Source: an uncultured Actinomycetota bacterium (lineage in GTDB: Bacteria > Actinomycetota > Actinomycetes > Frankiales > Frankiaceae). From it: 64,000 nt of DNA. Positions 1-9,105 of the stretch are shown piece by piece (the stretch's first letter is position 1; each line of letters begins with the position of its first letter). Under the pieces are notes generated by a model that worked only from the letters and a program-made list of their open reading frames with translations, was not told the DNA's origin and did not search any database. The DNA is taken from contig CAVVZN010000014.1 in assembly GCA_963752645.1 (NCBI GenBank), positions 502,955-566,954 on the forward strand, read 5' to 3'. Both the position numbers and the translations under genes were made by a program.

Positions 1-2208
1 GTCGAGCCAGGCCTGCAGCTGGACGAGCATCGCCTGGACGTTCGCCGGCTGGGCCGGTTGGGTCCTCAGGTAGTCCAGCAGCGCCGGCAGCACCTGCAGC
101 CCGTCGAGGTCCTGGCTCGCGCCGCCTTCCATCGCCTGGACCAACTGTGCCCGGGTGATCGGCCCCTTGGCCAGCTGGTCCTTGAGCTGGTTCACCAACG
201 TCTGCGACCGGAAGACGGGGCCGTAGCCGTACTGCTCGTCGGCCGCGGAGAAGCCGGGCGCGGGCTTGTTGTTCCAGCTGACGAAGTAGCCCTGCGCCGG
301 GTTCGTCTCCTGCACGTGCTGCGCGTCCGGAAGGAAGCCCTGCCACTCGGCGTTGCCGGTACCTGAGCTCGGCAGGTTCGGGTCGACGTCCGACGGGCGC
401 ACCGGATCCCGCCCGCTGGTGAAGTAGCCGGTGTCCTTGTCGTCGACGTAGAACCAGTTGAAGGTGTACGCGATCTGCGCTGCACCCTGCATCCAGCTCT
501 GCACGTCGTGGGTCAACGCCGGCTGCCCCCAGCGGAGGAAGCCGACCACCGAGTCGACATCGTGCTCGTACGTCGAGCGCTGGTTGACCACTGCCGCCGG
601 CTTCCCGCCGCCGGACGTCGTCCAGCCCTGCACGACGCCGTGCTGCGTGCGGTAGACCTCGTGATTGATGACCGCAGGGGCCCCTTGGCCACCTGGCTTC
701 GGGAAGGCGGTCTCGCTGTAGGTCTCGTGGGTCATGGGCAGGCAGTTGCCGTTGAACAGGTAGTACTTGCCTTGCGGATCGGGAGAGCCGCCGTTCGGGT
801 TGCAGATCTGCTCCAGCCGCTGGTCGATCAGGTCGCTACCGGCGGAGGTGGCGGACCAGGCGAAGTCCGGGCCACGACCCAGCTCGATCAGGCCGGTGCC
901 CGGGAACGAGGCGCCCTCAGCCGAGTAGTTCGGCGAGTGGAGATCGGCGAGCGAAAGGATCTGCGGCGCGAAGTACGACACCTGCGGCCCGAACACCGCG
1001 ATCGGATGGCCGTCCTTGGTGCGATCGGCGTTGACCACCAGGGCGTTGCTCATGTGCGACGGCATGGCCGCCAGGGCAGTCAGGATGTTCATCGCCGACG
1101 GGTTGGGGCTGGTCAGGTCGCACCCCGGCTGCGCGCCGGTGGGGCCGCCCTCCAACGGTTTGCTGGCGTCGTCCGGCAGGGCTGTCGTCTGCGGGTTGAT
1201 CGTGCCCGGGGTCTCGTACGGGAAGGTCCTGTCGACGACGGTCGTCGGGGCCCCCGGGTCGTTCTGCTCCTTGAGCTGGGTGAACGCGTTGCGCCCCGGG
1301 CCCTGTCCGAGCTTGCCCTGCAGGTACTGCAGCAGCCCCGCGTTGGCGACCTCGGTGCCGCCGCCCTTGCCGAAGATCCCGCCGATCAGACCGGCGACGG
1401 CGACGACGTCCTGCGGTGCCCATTCCGTCGGCGGCCCCAGCGCAGCTGCGTAGTCCGCGGGCAGCAGGTTCGGGTTCGTCCGCGTCGCCGCGATGTAGGC
1501 GTTGACGCCCTGGACGTAGTTCTCGATGTCCGACTTCGCCAGCGCGCCCTGATCGCCGTACTGCTGCGGCAAGGCGTCGATCTGCTGCTGGGCACGTGCG
1601 GGCGTGTAGGGCGCGAGCAGCAGCTCGTCGTGGTCCATCTGCTCGAACTGACAGGACGAGCCCAGGAAGCTGGCGAGCGTGCCCGAGCCGTAGTGGCGCA
1701 GCACGTCCATCAGGAACAACCGGTCCTCGGCCTGCGCGTAGCCGGCCCCGAACGACATGTGCTGGTCGCTGTCGCCGTAGACGTGCGGGATGTCCAGCCT
1801 GTCCCGGTAGACGGTGACGCCCGGACCGGGCGTCTCGGTCCGCACGATGTCGCCGGGCTTGACGCCGAACGACTCGTCGTTGAAGTAGGACGACAACCCG
1901 GCGTCGGTCAGCGACGGCGAGCCGTACAGCAGGTTCGCGTACTGGCCCAGCTGGTCGTCGCTGTTCGGCGGACGCTGCTTGGCCGCTTCGAACGCAACGG
2001 CTTGCTGGGCGTTGACCAGCCCGTTCTCGCCCGGCGGCAGGACGCTCATCACCTGACCGTTGCCGTAGTCGCCGACCCGGTAGCCGGGAGCGGTCGGCGT
2101 GGTCCCGGCGGCGTGGGCCGTGGGCGGCGTGGCCAGGACGCCCACCATTGCCACCGCGACGGCCGCGGCCAACCACCGACCGCGCGTGCACGAACCCAGC
2201 ATCCTCAT
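1..2208 (-). CDS. penicillin acylase (penicillin amidase, S45 Ntn-hydrolase) family protein. The N-terminus is at 2208 and the ORF runs off the window start.
   Basis: Reverse-strand translation from ATG 2208..2206 gives MRMLGSCTRGRWLAAAVAVAMVGVLATPPTAHA (signal peptide). Downstream it contains SNALVVNADRTKDGHPI (beta-subunit N-terminal Ser motif) and EQICNPNGGSPDPQGKYYLFNGNCLPMTHETYSE. There is no stop before position 1. It is absent from the ORF track only because it is open-ended. Confidence 0.8.
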   Translation of the reverse strand, partial: MRMLGSCTRGRWLAAAVAVAMVGVLATPPTAHAAGTTPTAPGYRVGDYGNGQVMSVLPPGENGLVNAQQAVAFEAAKQRPPNSDDQLGQYANLLYGSPSLTDAGLSSYFNDESFGVKPGDIVRTETPGPGVTVYRDRLDIPHVYGDSDQHMSFGAGYAQAEDRLFLMDVLRHYGSGTLASFLGSSCQFEQMDHDELLLAPYTPARAQQQIDALPQQYGDQGALAKSDIENYVQGVNAYIAATRTNPNLLPADYAAALGPPTEWAPQDVVAVAGLIGGIFGKGGGTEVANAGLLQYLQGKLGQGPGRNAFTQLKEQNDPGAPTTVVDRTFPYETPGTINPQTTALPDDASKPLEGGPTGAQPGCDLTSPNPSAMNILTALAAMPSHMSNALVVNADRTKDGHPIAVFGPQVSYFAPQILSLADLHSPNYSAEGASFPGTGLIELGRGPDFAWSATSAGSDLIDQRLEQICNPNGGSPDPQGKYYLFNGNCLPMTHETYSETAFPKPGGQGAPAVINHEVYRTQHGVVQGWTTSGGGKPAAVVNQRSTYEHDVDSVVGFLRWGQPALTHDVQSWMQGAAQIAYTFNWFYVDDKDTGYFTSGRDPVRPSDVDPNLPSSGTGNAEWQGFLPDAQHVQETNPAQGYFVSWNNKPAPGFSAADEQYGYGPVFRSQTLVNQLKDQLAKGPITRAQLVQAMEGGASQDLDGLQVLPALLDYLRTQPAQPANVQAMLVQLQAWLD

Positions 2209-2360
2209 GCCCCCGTCTGCGCCCCCGCGCCCCCGCACGCCCGTGTCTCGTCGTCCAGACACGCATGACGCAACCCGCAGGTCACGATAGGCCTGCGGAA
2301 ATCGTCGACCTGCAGTGCCTCTGCCCGGGCTGTCCAGCCAGACGTCGGTCGGCCTCGCGC

Positions 2361-3779
2361 CTAGAGATCGATGACCAGCGCTGCCCCACCGCGACGGCTG
2401 TCGGCGACCGCCTCGACCCGACCGTCCGGGTGCCGTGTGACGGCGTGGGTGCCGCCGAAGTAGAGGTCGCGCTGATCCCACGACCGCGTCGGTCTGTCTG
2501 ACCCCAGCGCCGCGACGACGTCGTCGGGCAACCCCGGTTCCAGCTGCAAAGACGTGCGATCCCAGTGCAGCCGCGGCGCCCCCACGACGCGTGCCAACGG
2601 TTCGCTTCCCTCGAGCACCCCCGTCAGCACGCGCAGCATCGCGCTGGGAATGCGTTCGCTACCGCCGGTCCCGACCGCGGTGACCGAGCCGTCGGCACCG
2701 GTCAGCACGGTCGGCATCATCATCGAGCCGACGCGGATGCCCGGCCGTGCCGTGTCCCGGCCCCTCGGGTGCAGGTCGGATTCGCCCATCATGTTGTTCA
2801 GCTGGATGCCGGTGCCCGGGATGAACGTTCCGGAGCAGCTTCCGTTCGAGGTGGTCATCGCGGCGACGTTGCCGTCGGCGTCCACGACGCTGACGTGCGT
2901 CGTCCCGCGCACCGCGAGCGGACGCACCGCGCCGGCACCGGCGGCGTGCCGGTCCGACATCGCCACCAGCTGCTCGACATATCGCCGGTAGGCCGCCGCG
3001 GACCCGTCCAGCGGCCGCCCGGCCAGCCCTTCGAGCGCTCCGAGCACGAGCCCTGCGCCGAACGACGGCGGAGGGTTGGACCGGACGGTTGCGCCACGGA
3101 CGTCGAGCTGCAGCGGCGGCCGCTCGACAACGGTGTAGGCGTCGAGGTCCTCGTCGGTGACCGAACCACCGCCCGCCTCCATCGCGCGTCGGAGGTCCGG
3201 CGCGACGCCGGAGAGATGCCGGATCCCGCCGTCGGCGAGGCGGGTCAGCAGGTCGGCGAACTCCGGGTTGTATTGGCGCTCACCCGCGGCGAGCATGCGG
3301 CCGTCCGGCGCGAACAGACGCCGGCCGTCGTCGGTGAGCGTGACGATGTCGCGCAGCAGCGTCAGCACCGAGGCCTGCGATGCCTCGAGGACTGCGCCTT
3401 CGCGGGCGAGCCGTCGTGCGGGCTCGACGACGGCGGCGAGCGGAAGCCGTCCGCGGTGCTGGGAGACGTGCAGGTACCCCGCCAGGCAGCCGGGGACCGC
3501 GACCGAACCCCACCCGACCGAGAACGTCTGGTCGGCACCCGGGAAGCGGATCGTGATCGGGGTCAGCACCGGTGCCGGCGCGTCGGCGGGTCGACCCCGA
3601 CCGGGCACGTCCACGAAGAAGTCGATCAGCGCGGCCTCCCCGTCGGCCGGCGCGTCGAGCAGGAATCCGCCTCCCCCGAGGCTGGACAGCGCCGGCTCCG
3701 CGACGGCCGCGGCGAAGCCGGCCGCGAGCACGGCGTCGACCGCGCTGCCCCCGGCTCGGAGGACCTCCACGGCAGCCAT
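2361..3779 (-). CDS. ggt: gamma-glutamyltransferase family protein
   Basis: Contains MAAVEVLRAGGSAVDAVLAAGFAAAVAEPALSSLGGGGFLLDA, which aligns to the GGT N-terminal region. The Thr nucleophile context is TTHVSVVDADGNVAAMTTSNGS. Start taken at ATG 3779, 50 nt after the stop of the upstream gene. The 682-aa open frame upstream of this ATG is Arg/Pro-rich junk. Confidence 0.75.
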   Translation of the reverse strand: MAAVEVLRAGGSAVDAVLAAGFAAAVAEPALSSLGGGGFLLDAPADGEAALIDFFVDVPGRGRPADAPAPVLTPITIRFPGADQTFSVGWGSVAVPGCLAGYLHVSQHRGRLPLAAVVEPARRLAREGAVLEASQASVLTLLRDIVTLTDDGRRLFAPDGRMLAAGERQYNPEFADLLTRLADGGIRHLSGVAPDLRRAMEAGGGSVTDEDLDAYTVVERPPLQLDVRGATVRSNPPPSFGAGLVLGALEGLAGRPLDGSAAAYRRYVEQLVAMSDRHAAGAGAVRPLAVRGTTHVSVVDADGNVAAMTTSNGSCSGTFIPGTGIQLNNMMGESDLHPRGRDTARPGIRVGSMMMPTVLTGADGSVTAVGTGGSERIPSAMLRVLTGVLEGSEPLARVVGAPRLHWDRTSLQLEPGLPDDVVAALGSDRPTRSWDQRDLYFGGTHAVTRHPDGRVEAVADSRRGGAALVIDL

Positions 3780-3829
3780 CGCGGTATCCCGGGCTCCGGC
3801 GGCGACCCCGGCCTGCCGTCGGATGCCGC

Positions 3830-6508
3830 TTACAGCATCCTCCGGGGTCCGTAGTCGAGCCGTGCCACCGGAGCCCCGACGGTGACGGCGGCACCCAGCG
3901 CCTTCAGGCCCGACGCCGTCACGAGCACCGGGTTGAGCTCGACGGTCGCGACCTCCGGGAGGTCGTCCTTCAACCGGGCGACCCGCAGCAGGAGGTCCTG
4001 CAGTGCCCCGAGGTCGACGGGTTCGGCACCGCGGTAGCCGGACAGCAACGGTGCAGCCCGTGGGGCCCGCACCATCTCCTCGACGTCGACGTCGAGGAGC
4101 GGCACCATCCGCCAGACGGTGTCGCCCAACAGTTCGCTCGCGATCCCACCGACCGCGAAGGAGACCATCGGACCGAAGCTCGGGTCCTCGACAGCCCCGA
4201 TGACGACGGGGACGCCCAGCGGTGCCATCGCCTGGACCACGAGGGATCCGCTCGGGTCGCCCCCGTGGCTCGTGGAGTCGGCCAACGTCTCGGTGACGGC
4301 CTGCCACGCGCTGCGGAGCTGGTCGGGGTTGGAGAGGTCGAGCCGGACCGCGCCGAGGTCTGAACGGTGCCGGTAGGCGGGGTCGGTCGTCTTCAGCACG
4401 ACCGGCCAACCGATCTGTTCGGCAGCGGTCACCGCCGCATCCGCACTCGGAGCCGGGTAGGCCGGCACGACGTCGATCCCGTACGCCTCGAGCAGACCGG
4501 CGATGTCGAGCTGGTTCTGCGGCGTGCCGGCGATCGCCCGCGGCGGGGTGATGAGGCCGCCTCCGGCTCCGCCGCTCAACCCGCCGGCCCCGGCGGTCGC
4601 ACCGTCACCGGGCGCGTCGATGGCCGCCTGGACGATGGCCCGCGCGGCGCCCGGGTCCAGCTCGTCGAAGTGGAACTCGATCCCGGGTCGGCGGCTGCGC
4701 CAGCGTGCGTGCTCGCGAACCCGCCCCATCGCTGCCACGGCCGCTTCCGGCGTCGCGTAGGAGGGCACGCTCGCCAGTTCGGGGACGATGCCCTGCTGGC
4801 CCAGGAAGGTCGCCGCGACCGGACGGGCGGACGTGACGGCCAGCTCCGCGACGGCCGCCCCCACCTCGGCCGCACCGATGCCCAGGGGCGGGACGAAGAC
4901 CGCGATGAGCGCGTCGGCCTCCGTCATGGCCCCGTCGAGCGCGGGCCGGTACTGCTCGCCGCCGCTGTCCACCGGGACCACGTGCACCGAGCCGGCCGTG
5001 AGCCCGGCGGCGGGCAGGGTCCGCTCGACGAGGCGGGCCAGTGAGCTGCTGTTGGACACCACCCCGACGACGTCACCCTCGGGAAGCGGCTGCGCGTCCA
5101 GCAGGGCGGCGACGTCGAGCATGTCCGCGACCGTCCCCGCGCGGACGACCCCGGCCTGCGCCAGCAACGCCTCCGCCACCGGCGACACCCCGGTCGTCAC
5201 CGCCACCATCGGCTTCATCCGTCCCAGCCGGCGCGCCAGCCGGCCGAACTTGCGCGGGTTGCCGAACGTCTCCAGGTAGAGCAGGACGACGGCGGTGTCG
5301 GGGTCGTCCTCCCAGTACTGCAGCAGGTCGTTGCCGCTGACGTCGGCGCGTGCCCCGGCGGACACGAACGACGAGATGCCGAGCCCGCGCCGCCCGACCT
5401 CGTCGAGCAGGGCGATGCCGAGGGCGTCGGACTGGGCGAAGAACCCCAGGCGGCCGGGCGCGGCGATGCGCGGCACCAGTGACGCGTTGAGGTGTCCGGC
5501 GGGGCGCAGCACGCCCAGGCCAGCGGGGCCGATCAACCGCATGCCTGCGGCCCGGACGCGCGCGGCGAGATCCCGGTCGGCTTCGGCGCTGCGCATGTCG
5601 GTCAGGACCACCAGGCCGTGCACGCCGGCCGCTGCGCAGTCCTCGACGACGGCAGGCAGCGTCGAGGGCGGGGTGCAGACGACGGCGAGGTCGACGGGGC
5701 GGGGTGCGTCGACGACCCGGCGGTAGGCCGGCAGTCCGGCGATCTCGGTCGCGCTCCGGTGGATCGGCACGACCTGGCCCTCGAAGCCGGCGGCGAGGAG
5801 GTTCGCGAGCACGACGCCGCCGGGCTTCGCGGGGTCGCGCGACGCCCCCACCACGGCGACGCCGGCGGGCCGCAGCAGCCGTCCGATGGACCGGGCTTCG
5901 GCCCGGTGCTCGCGGGAGCGCATCACCTCGCGGCTCTTGTCGGTCGGCGCGATGTCGAACGCGACCTGTACGGTCCCGCTCTCGTACTGGCGGTTGACCG
6001 TGTAGCCGGCGTCGAGGAAGACGCCGAGCATCGCGCGGTTGCCGCTGAGCACGTCGGCCTCGAACCGGCGCAGCCCGCGTTCCTGGCCGGCCGCGGCGAG
6101 GTGTTCGAGCAGCACCGAGCCGATGCCGCGGCCCTGGTGGTCGTCCTGGACGACGAATGCGACCTCGGCGGCGTCGCTGCCGGGACGGCCCTCGTAGCGA
6201 CCGACGGCGACGAGTTTTTCGTCCACGAGCAGTACGAACGCGACCCGCTTGTCGTGGTCGACGTTGGTGAAGTGCGTCAGCTCCTTCGGCTGGATCACCG
6301 GGTACGGCGCGAAGAAGCGCATGTAGATCGTCTGTTCCGACAGGCGGCTGTGCATCTCCTGCAGCGCCTCGGCGTCGTCGGGACGGATCGGCCGCAGATG
6401 GCCTGTACCACCGTCGGAGAGCAGGACGTCGGCTTCCCAGTGCCGCGGGTAGGGCGCCGCGCCGGACTCGTCGGCAGCCGGCCCAGGGGCGCTCACCGGT
6501 CGAGCCAC
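3830..6508 (-). CDS. Pat-type protein lysine acetyltransferase: N-terminal GNAT fused to an NDP-forming acyl-CoA synthetase-like (CoA-binding plus ATP-grasp) domain
   Basis: N-terminus LRPIRPDDAEALQEMHSRLSEQTIYMRFF...QGRGIGSVLLEHL is a GNAT fold. The remainder has CoA-binding and succinyl-CoA-synthetase-like motifs (VAVVGASRDPAKPGG, a GxGxxG region). Total 892 aa. It overlaps the acuC stop by 16 nt. Confidence 0.8.
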   Translation of the reverse strand: MARPVSAPGPAADESGAAPYPRHWEADVLLSDGGTGHLRPIRPDDAEALQEMHSRLSEQTIYMRFFAPYPVIQPKELTHFTNVDHDKRVAFVLLVDEKLVAVGRYEGRPGSDAAEVAFVVQDDHQGRGIGSVLLEHLAAAGQERGLRRFEADVLSGNRAMLGVFLDAGYTVNRQYESGTVQVAFDIAPTDKSREVMRSREHRAEARSIGRLLRPAGVAVVGASRDPAKPGGVVLANLLAAGFEGQVVPIHRSATEIAGLPAYRRVVDAPRPVDLAVVCTPPSTLPAVVEDCAAAGVHGLVVLTDMRSAEADRDLAARVRAAGMRLIGPAGLGVLRPAGHLNASLVPRIAAPGRLGFFAQSDALGIALLDEVGRRGLGISSFVSAGARADVSGNDLLQYWEDDPDTAVVLLYLETFGNPRKFGRLARRLGRMKPMVAVTTGVSPVAEALLAQAGVVRAGTVADMLDVAALLDAQPLPEGDVVGVVSNSSSLARLVERTLPAAGLTAGSVHVVPVDSGGEQYRPALDGAMTEADALIAVFVPPLGIGAAEVGAAVAELAVTSARPVAATFLGQQGIVPELASVPSYATPEAAVAAMGRVREHARWRSRRPGIEFHFDELDPGAARAIVQAAIDAPGDGATAGAGGLSGGAGGGLITPPRAIAGTPQNQLDIAGLLEAYGIDVVPAYPAPSADAAVTAAEQIGWPVVLKTTDPAYRHRSDLGAVRLDLSNPDQLRSAWQAVTETLADSTSHGGDPSGSLVVQAMAPLGVPVVIGAVEDPSFGPMVSFAVGGIASELLGDTVWRMVPLLDVDVEEMVRAPRAAPLLSGYRGAEPVDLGALQDLLLRVARLKDDLPEVATVELNPVLVTASGLKALGAAVTVGAPVARLDYGPRRML

Positions 6509-7767
6509 GGGTCGAGGCCGTGCAACGGCAGGACCTCGCGTCGGGTCTCGGCGACGGCTCGGTCGACCGGGTCGTCGGGGTCGCCGTCACCGGCGTCCCA
6601 CGGGACATACGACGGGATGCCGCGGCCCTTGTCGGCCGAGGGTTGCCCGGTGCTGCGGCCCTCCGGCGCGGGGCTCTCCGCGGAGGGGTCGTCGGCGGCG
6701 GTGCCCGCGACGGTGCCCGAGGTGTCGGTCATGGCGTCGGGGCCGAGGATGCCCAGGCGCGCCCGGACCTGCTGCCGCCATGCCATCGGCGCGGCGGTGT
6801 CGGGTGCGACGGGGTCGCCGGTGATCGCCGCGACGAGGTGCGTCCACGCCCGCGGGACGACGTCGGCGAGCGCGTACCCGCCACCTCCGAAGGCGACCCA
6901 GCGGCCGTCGCACAGTTCGTGAGCGAGGTCGTGCAGCAGCAGGTAGGACGCCCGCTGGCCGTCGACGGAGAGCCGCAGGTCGGTGAGCGGGTCGGCGCGG
7001 TGGGAGTCGCAGCCGCACTGCGTCACCAGGATCTCGGGCTCGAAGGCCCGCAGCATCACCGGCACCACGCCGCTGAAGGCGCGGAGCCAGCCGGCGTCGC
7101 CCGTGAAGCCGGGGAGCGCGACGTTGACCGCCGTGCCCTCCGCGTCTCCGAGGCCGAGCTCGGTCGCGAAGCCGGTACCGGGGAACAGCGAGCGTCCGCT
7201 CTGGTGCAGCGAGATCGTCAGCACGCGCGGGTCGTCGTAGAACGCGTTCTGCACCCCGTCGCCGTGATGGGCGTCGACGTCGACGTAGGCGACCCGTTGC
7301 ACGCCGTCGTCGAGCAGCGACCGGATGGCGATCGCCGGGTCGTTGTAGACGCAGAAGCCGCTCGCGCGGGTGCGCTGTGCGTGGTGCAGGCCGCCGGAGA
7401 TGTTCACCGCGTGCGTGGCGCGGCCGGAGCGGACGGCGTCGGCCGCCGCGACGCTGGCCCCTGCGATCAGAGCGGACGCGTCGTGCATGCCGTTCCACAC
7501 CGGATCGTCCATCGTCCCGAGCCCGTACCGCTCGTCGGGGAGGGCTCGTCGGACGGCCTTCACGTAGTCGGCGTCGTGCACGCGGTGGAGCAACTGCGGC
7601 GAGACCGGCTCGGCCCCGGTCACCGTCACCCCTGCCCGGTCGAGCAAGCCGAGCGCGCGGGCCAGCTGGATGGTCAGGTCCAGCCGCACGGGCCGCATCG
7701 GATGACCTTCGCCCGGGTCGTAGGACAGGAAGTCGTCGTCCCAGACGACCGTGGCGGGCCCGCTCAT
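6493..7767 (-). CDS. acuC: acetoin utilization protein AcuC / histone-deacetylase-family protein deacetylase
   Basis: 424 aa with HDAC motifs: GFCVYNDPAIAIRSLLDDGVQRVAYVDVDAHHGDGVQNAFYDD and the zinc-binding D..H..D pattern. Confidence 0.8.
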   Translation of the reverse strand: MSGPATVVWDDDFLSYDPGEGHPMRPVRLDLTIQLARALGLLDRAGVTVTGAEPVSPQLLHRVHDADYVKAVRRALPDERYGLGTMDDPVWNGMHDASALIAGASVAAADAVRSGRATHAVNISGGLHHAQRTRASGFCVYNDPAIAIRSLLDDGVQRVAYVDVDAHHGDGVQNAFYDDPRVLTISLHQSGRSLFPGTGFATELGLGDAEGTAVNVALPGFTGDAGWLRAFSGVVPVMLRAFEPEILVTQCGCDSHRADPLTDLRLSVDGQRASYLLLHDLAHELCDGRWVAFGGGGYALADVVPRAWTHLVAAITGDPVAPDTAAPMAWRQQVRARLGILGPDAMTDTSGTVAGTAADDPSAESPAPEGRSTGQPSADKGRGIPSYVPWDAGDGDPDDPVDRAVAETRREVLPLHGLDPWLDR

Positions 7768-7829
7768 CTCGCCAGTCTCCCACTAGCGGTCCTCCGGTTT
7801 CTGTCGGTGGGCCGTGCCAGGCTGGGGCC
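7768..7829. promoter_or_regulatory. divergent intergenic region between acuC (minus) and the patatin gene (plus); presumed bidirectional promoter
   Basis: 62-bp spacer between two divergently oriented start codons. Confidence 0.3.
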
Positions 7830-9059
7830 ATGACCTCTCCCGCCTCCTCCCCGACCCGGTCCACCTCGCGCGGCTCCTCCGGCCGCGAGGCGTCCGACAC
7901 CGTCGCCGTCGTCCTCGCGGGTGCCGGCGCGCGTGGCGCCTTCGAAGCTGGTGCCATCGGCCGGCTGCTACCGGCACTCGCCGACCAGCGGCGTACGCCC
8001 ACGATCTTCTGCGGCAGCAGCGCCGGCTCCATCAACTCGGTGCTGCTCGCTTCGGTCGCGCACCTCGCGCCGGACGCCGCCGCCAAGGAGGTCACCGAGC
8101 AGTGGCGGCGGGCCGTCGGCGGCAGCATGATCCGCTCGGTCGGGTTCGCCGTCCCCGCCTCCGGCATCCGCTATCTCGCGGGGCGGCTGCATCTGCCGCT
8201 CCCACCGGTCGAGCTGCTCGACCCCACCGCACTGCGGTCCTTCCTCGGACGGTGGAACGGCTGGGACGACCTGCACCGCAACGTCGAGGAGGGGATCGTC
8301 GACGCGGTTGCCCTCACCGCGACGGACCTGACCTCCGACCGGACCGTCGTGCACGTGGAGACCCGCGCGGACCGCCCGCTCCCCCCGGACGACCTGGACC
8401 GCGGCATCGTCTACCGGCGCACCCGGCTCGGCCTCGAGCACGTCTACGCCTCGTCCTGCATCCCCTTCCTCTTCCCGGCCGTCGAGCTGCCCGACGAGAA
8501 CGGACGGCCGTCCTGGAACGTCGACGGCGGTGTCCGGCTGAACGTGCCGCTGAAGCCGGCCATCGACCTCGGCGCGACCCGGCTCGTCGTCGTGGCGACC
8601 GACACCGCGAGTCGCCCACAGGCGGCGACCAGCGATGGCGTGCCGACGTTGGTCGACCTGGCCGACCAGCTGTTGCACCTGGCGACCGGCGACCGCCTGC
8701 TGGAGGACCTGCGGACGCTCACGCAGATCAATGCGTTGGTGAAGGCGCAGGCGTCCGCCCGGGCATCGGTGCAGACCGAGAGCGGGCGGTACAGGAAGCT
8801 GCCCGTGCTCGTTGCGGCACCCGAGCACCCGATCGACATCGCCCGCCTCGTCCAGGAGGTTCTCGGCACTGCGCCCGGTCGTCCCCTGGCGCCGCTCGCC
8901 CGGGCGGTCTCGCGCGCCATCGGGATCCCGGGCACGGCGACGCCCGACCTGGTCAGCTTCCTGCTGTTCCTGCCCGGGTTCACCCGTCGCGCCGTGGCAC
9001 TCGGCGAGGAGCAGGCCGACAGGTTGCTCGCGGGCGCGGACGACGGCTGGCAGGAGTAG
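7830..9059 (+). CDS. patatin-like phospholipase family protein
   Basis: VAVVLAGAGARGAFEAGAIG (oxyanion GGxR), GSSAGS (GxSxG nucleophile) and the catalytic Asp region NVDGGVRLNVP. ATG at 7830 is in frame with track ORF 7377..9059. Confidence 0.8.
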   Translation: MTSPASSPTRSTSRGSSGREASDTVAVVLAGAGARGAFEAGAIGRLLPALADQRRTPTIFCGSSAGSINSVLLASVAHLAPDAAAKEVTEQWRRAVGGSMIRSVGFAVPASGIRYLAGRLHLPLPPVELLDPTALRSFLGRWNGWDDLHRNVEEGIVDAVALTATDLTSDRTVVHVETRADRPLPPDDLDRGIVYRRTRLGLEHVYASSCIPFLFPAVELPDENGRPSWNVDGGVRLNVPLKPAIDLGATRLVVVATDTASRPQAATSDGVPTLVDLADQLLHLATGDRLLEDLRTLTQINALVKAQASARASVQTESGRYRKLPVLVAAPEHPIDIARLVQEVLGTAPGRPLAPLARAVSRAIGIPGTATPDLVSFLLFLPGFTRRAVALGEEQADRLLAGADDGWQE

Positions 9060-9105
9060 CCCGGGCGGCCGATGAGCCCGAGCGCCGGCACCGGTCTGAG
9101 CAGTC

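Noticed and set aside
508-2268. 586-aa plus-strand ORF (and the 449-aa minus ORF 917..2266) overlapping the penicillin acylase gene
   Set aside because: Arg/Ala/Gly-rich shadow frames of a high-GC gene. The true reading frame is the open-ended minus frame starting at 2208 with a signal peptide and acylase motifs.
3780-4409. Longer GGT with start at 4409 (682 aa)
   Set aside because: The first 210 aa are Arg/Pro/Gly junk overlapping pat's 3' end in another frame. The GGT homology begins at the ATG 3779.
5073-6608. 511-aa minus ORF and the 476-aa plus ORF 5492..6922 inside and overlapping pat/acuC
   Set aside because: Extremely Arg/Pro-rich, no motifs. Alternative frames of the real pat and acuC genes.
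7377-7829. N-terminal 150 aa of the 560-aa ORF preceding the patatin domain
   Set aside because: Arg-rich and overlaps acuC on the other strand. The patatin gene starts at the ATG 7830.
7830-9059. Patatin-like genes as possible CBASS/defence effectors
   Set aside because: No cyclase (CD-NTase), E1/E2 or other CBASS partner nearby. Neighbours are metabolic (deacetylase, SDR, esterase).
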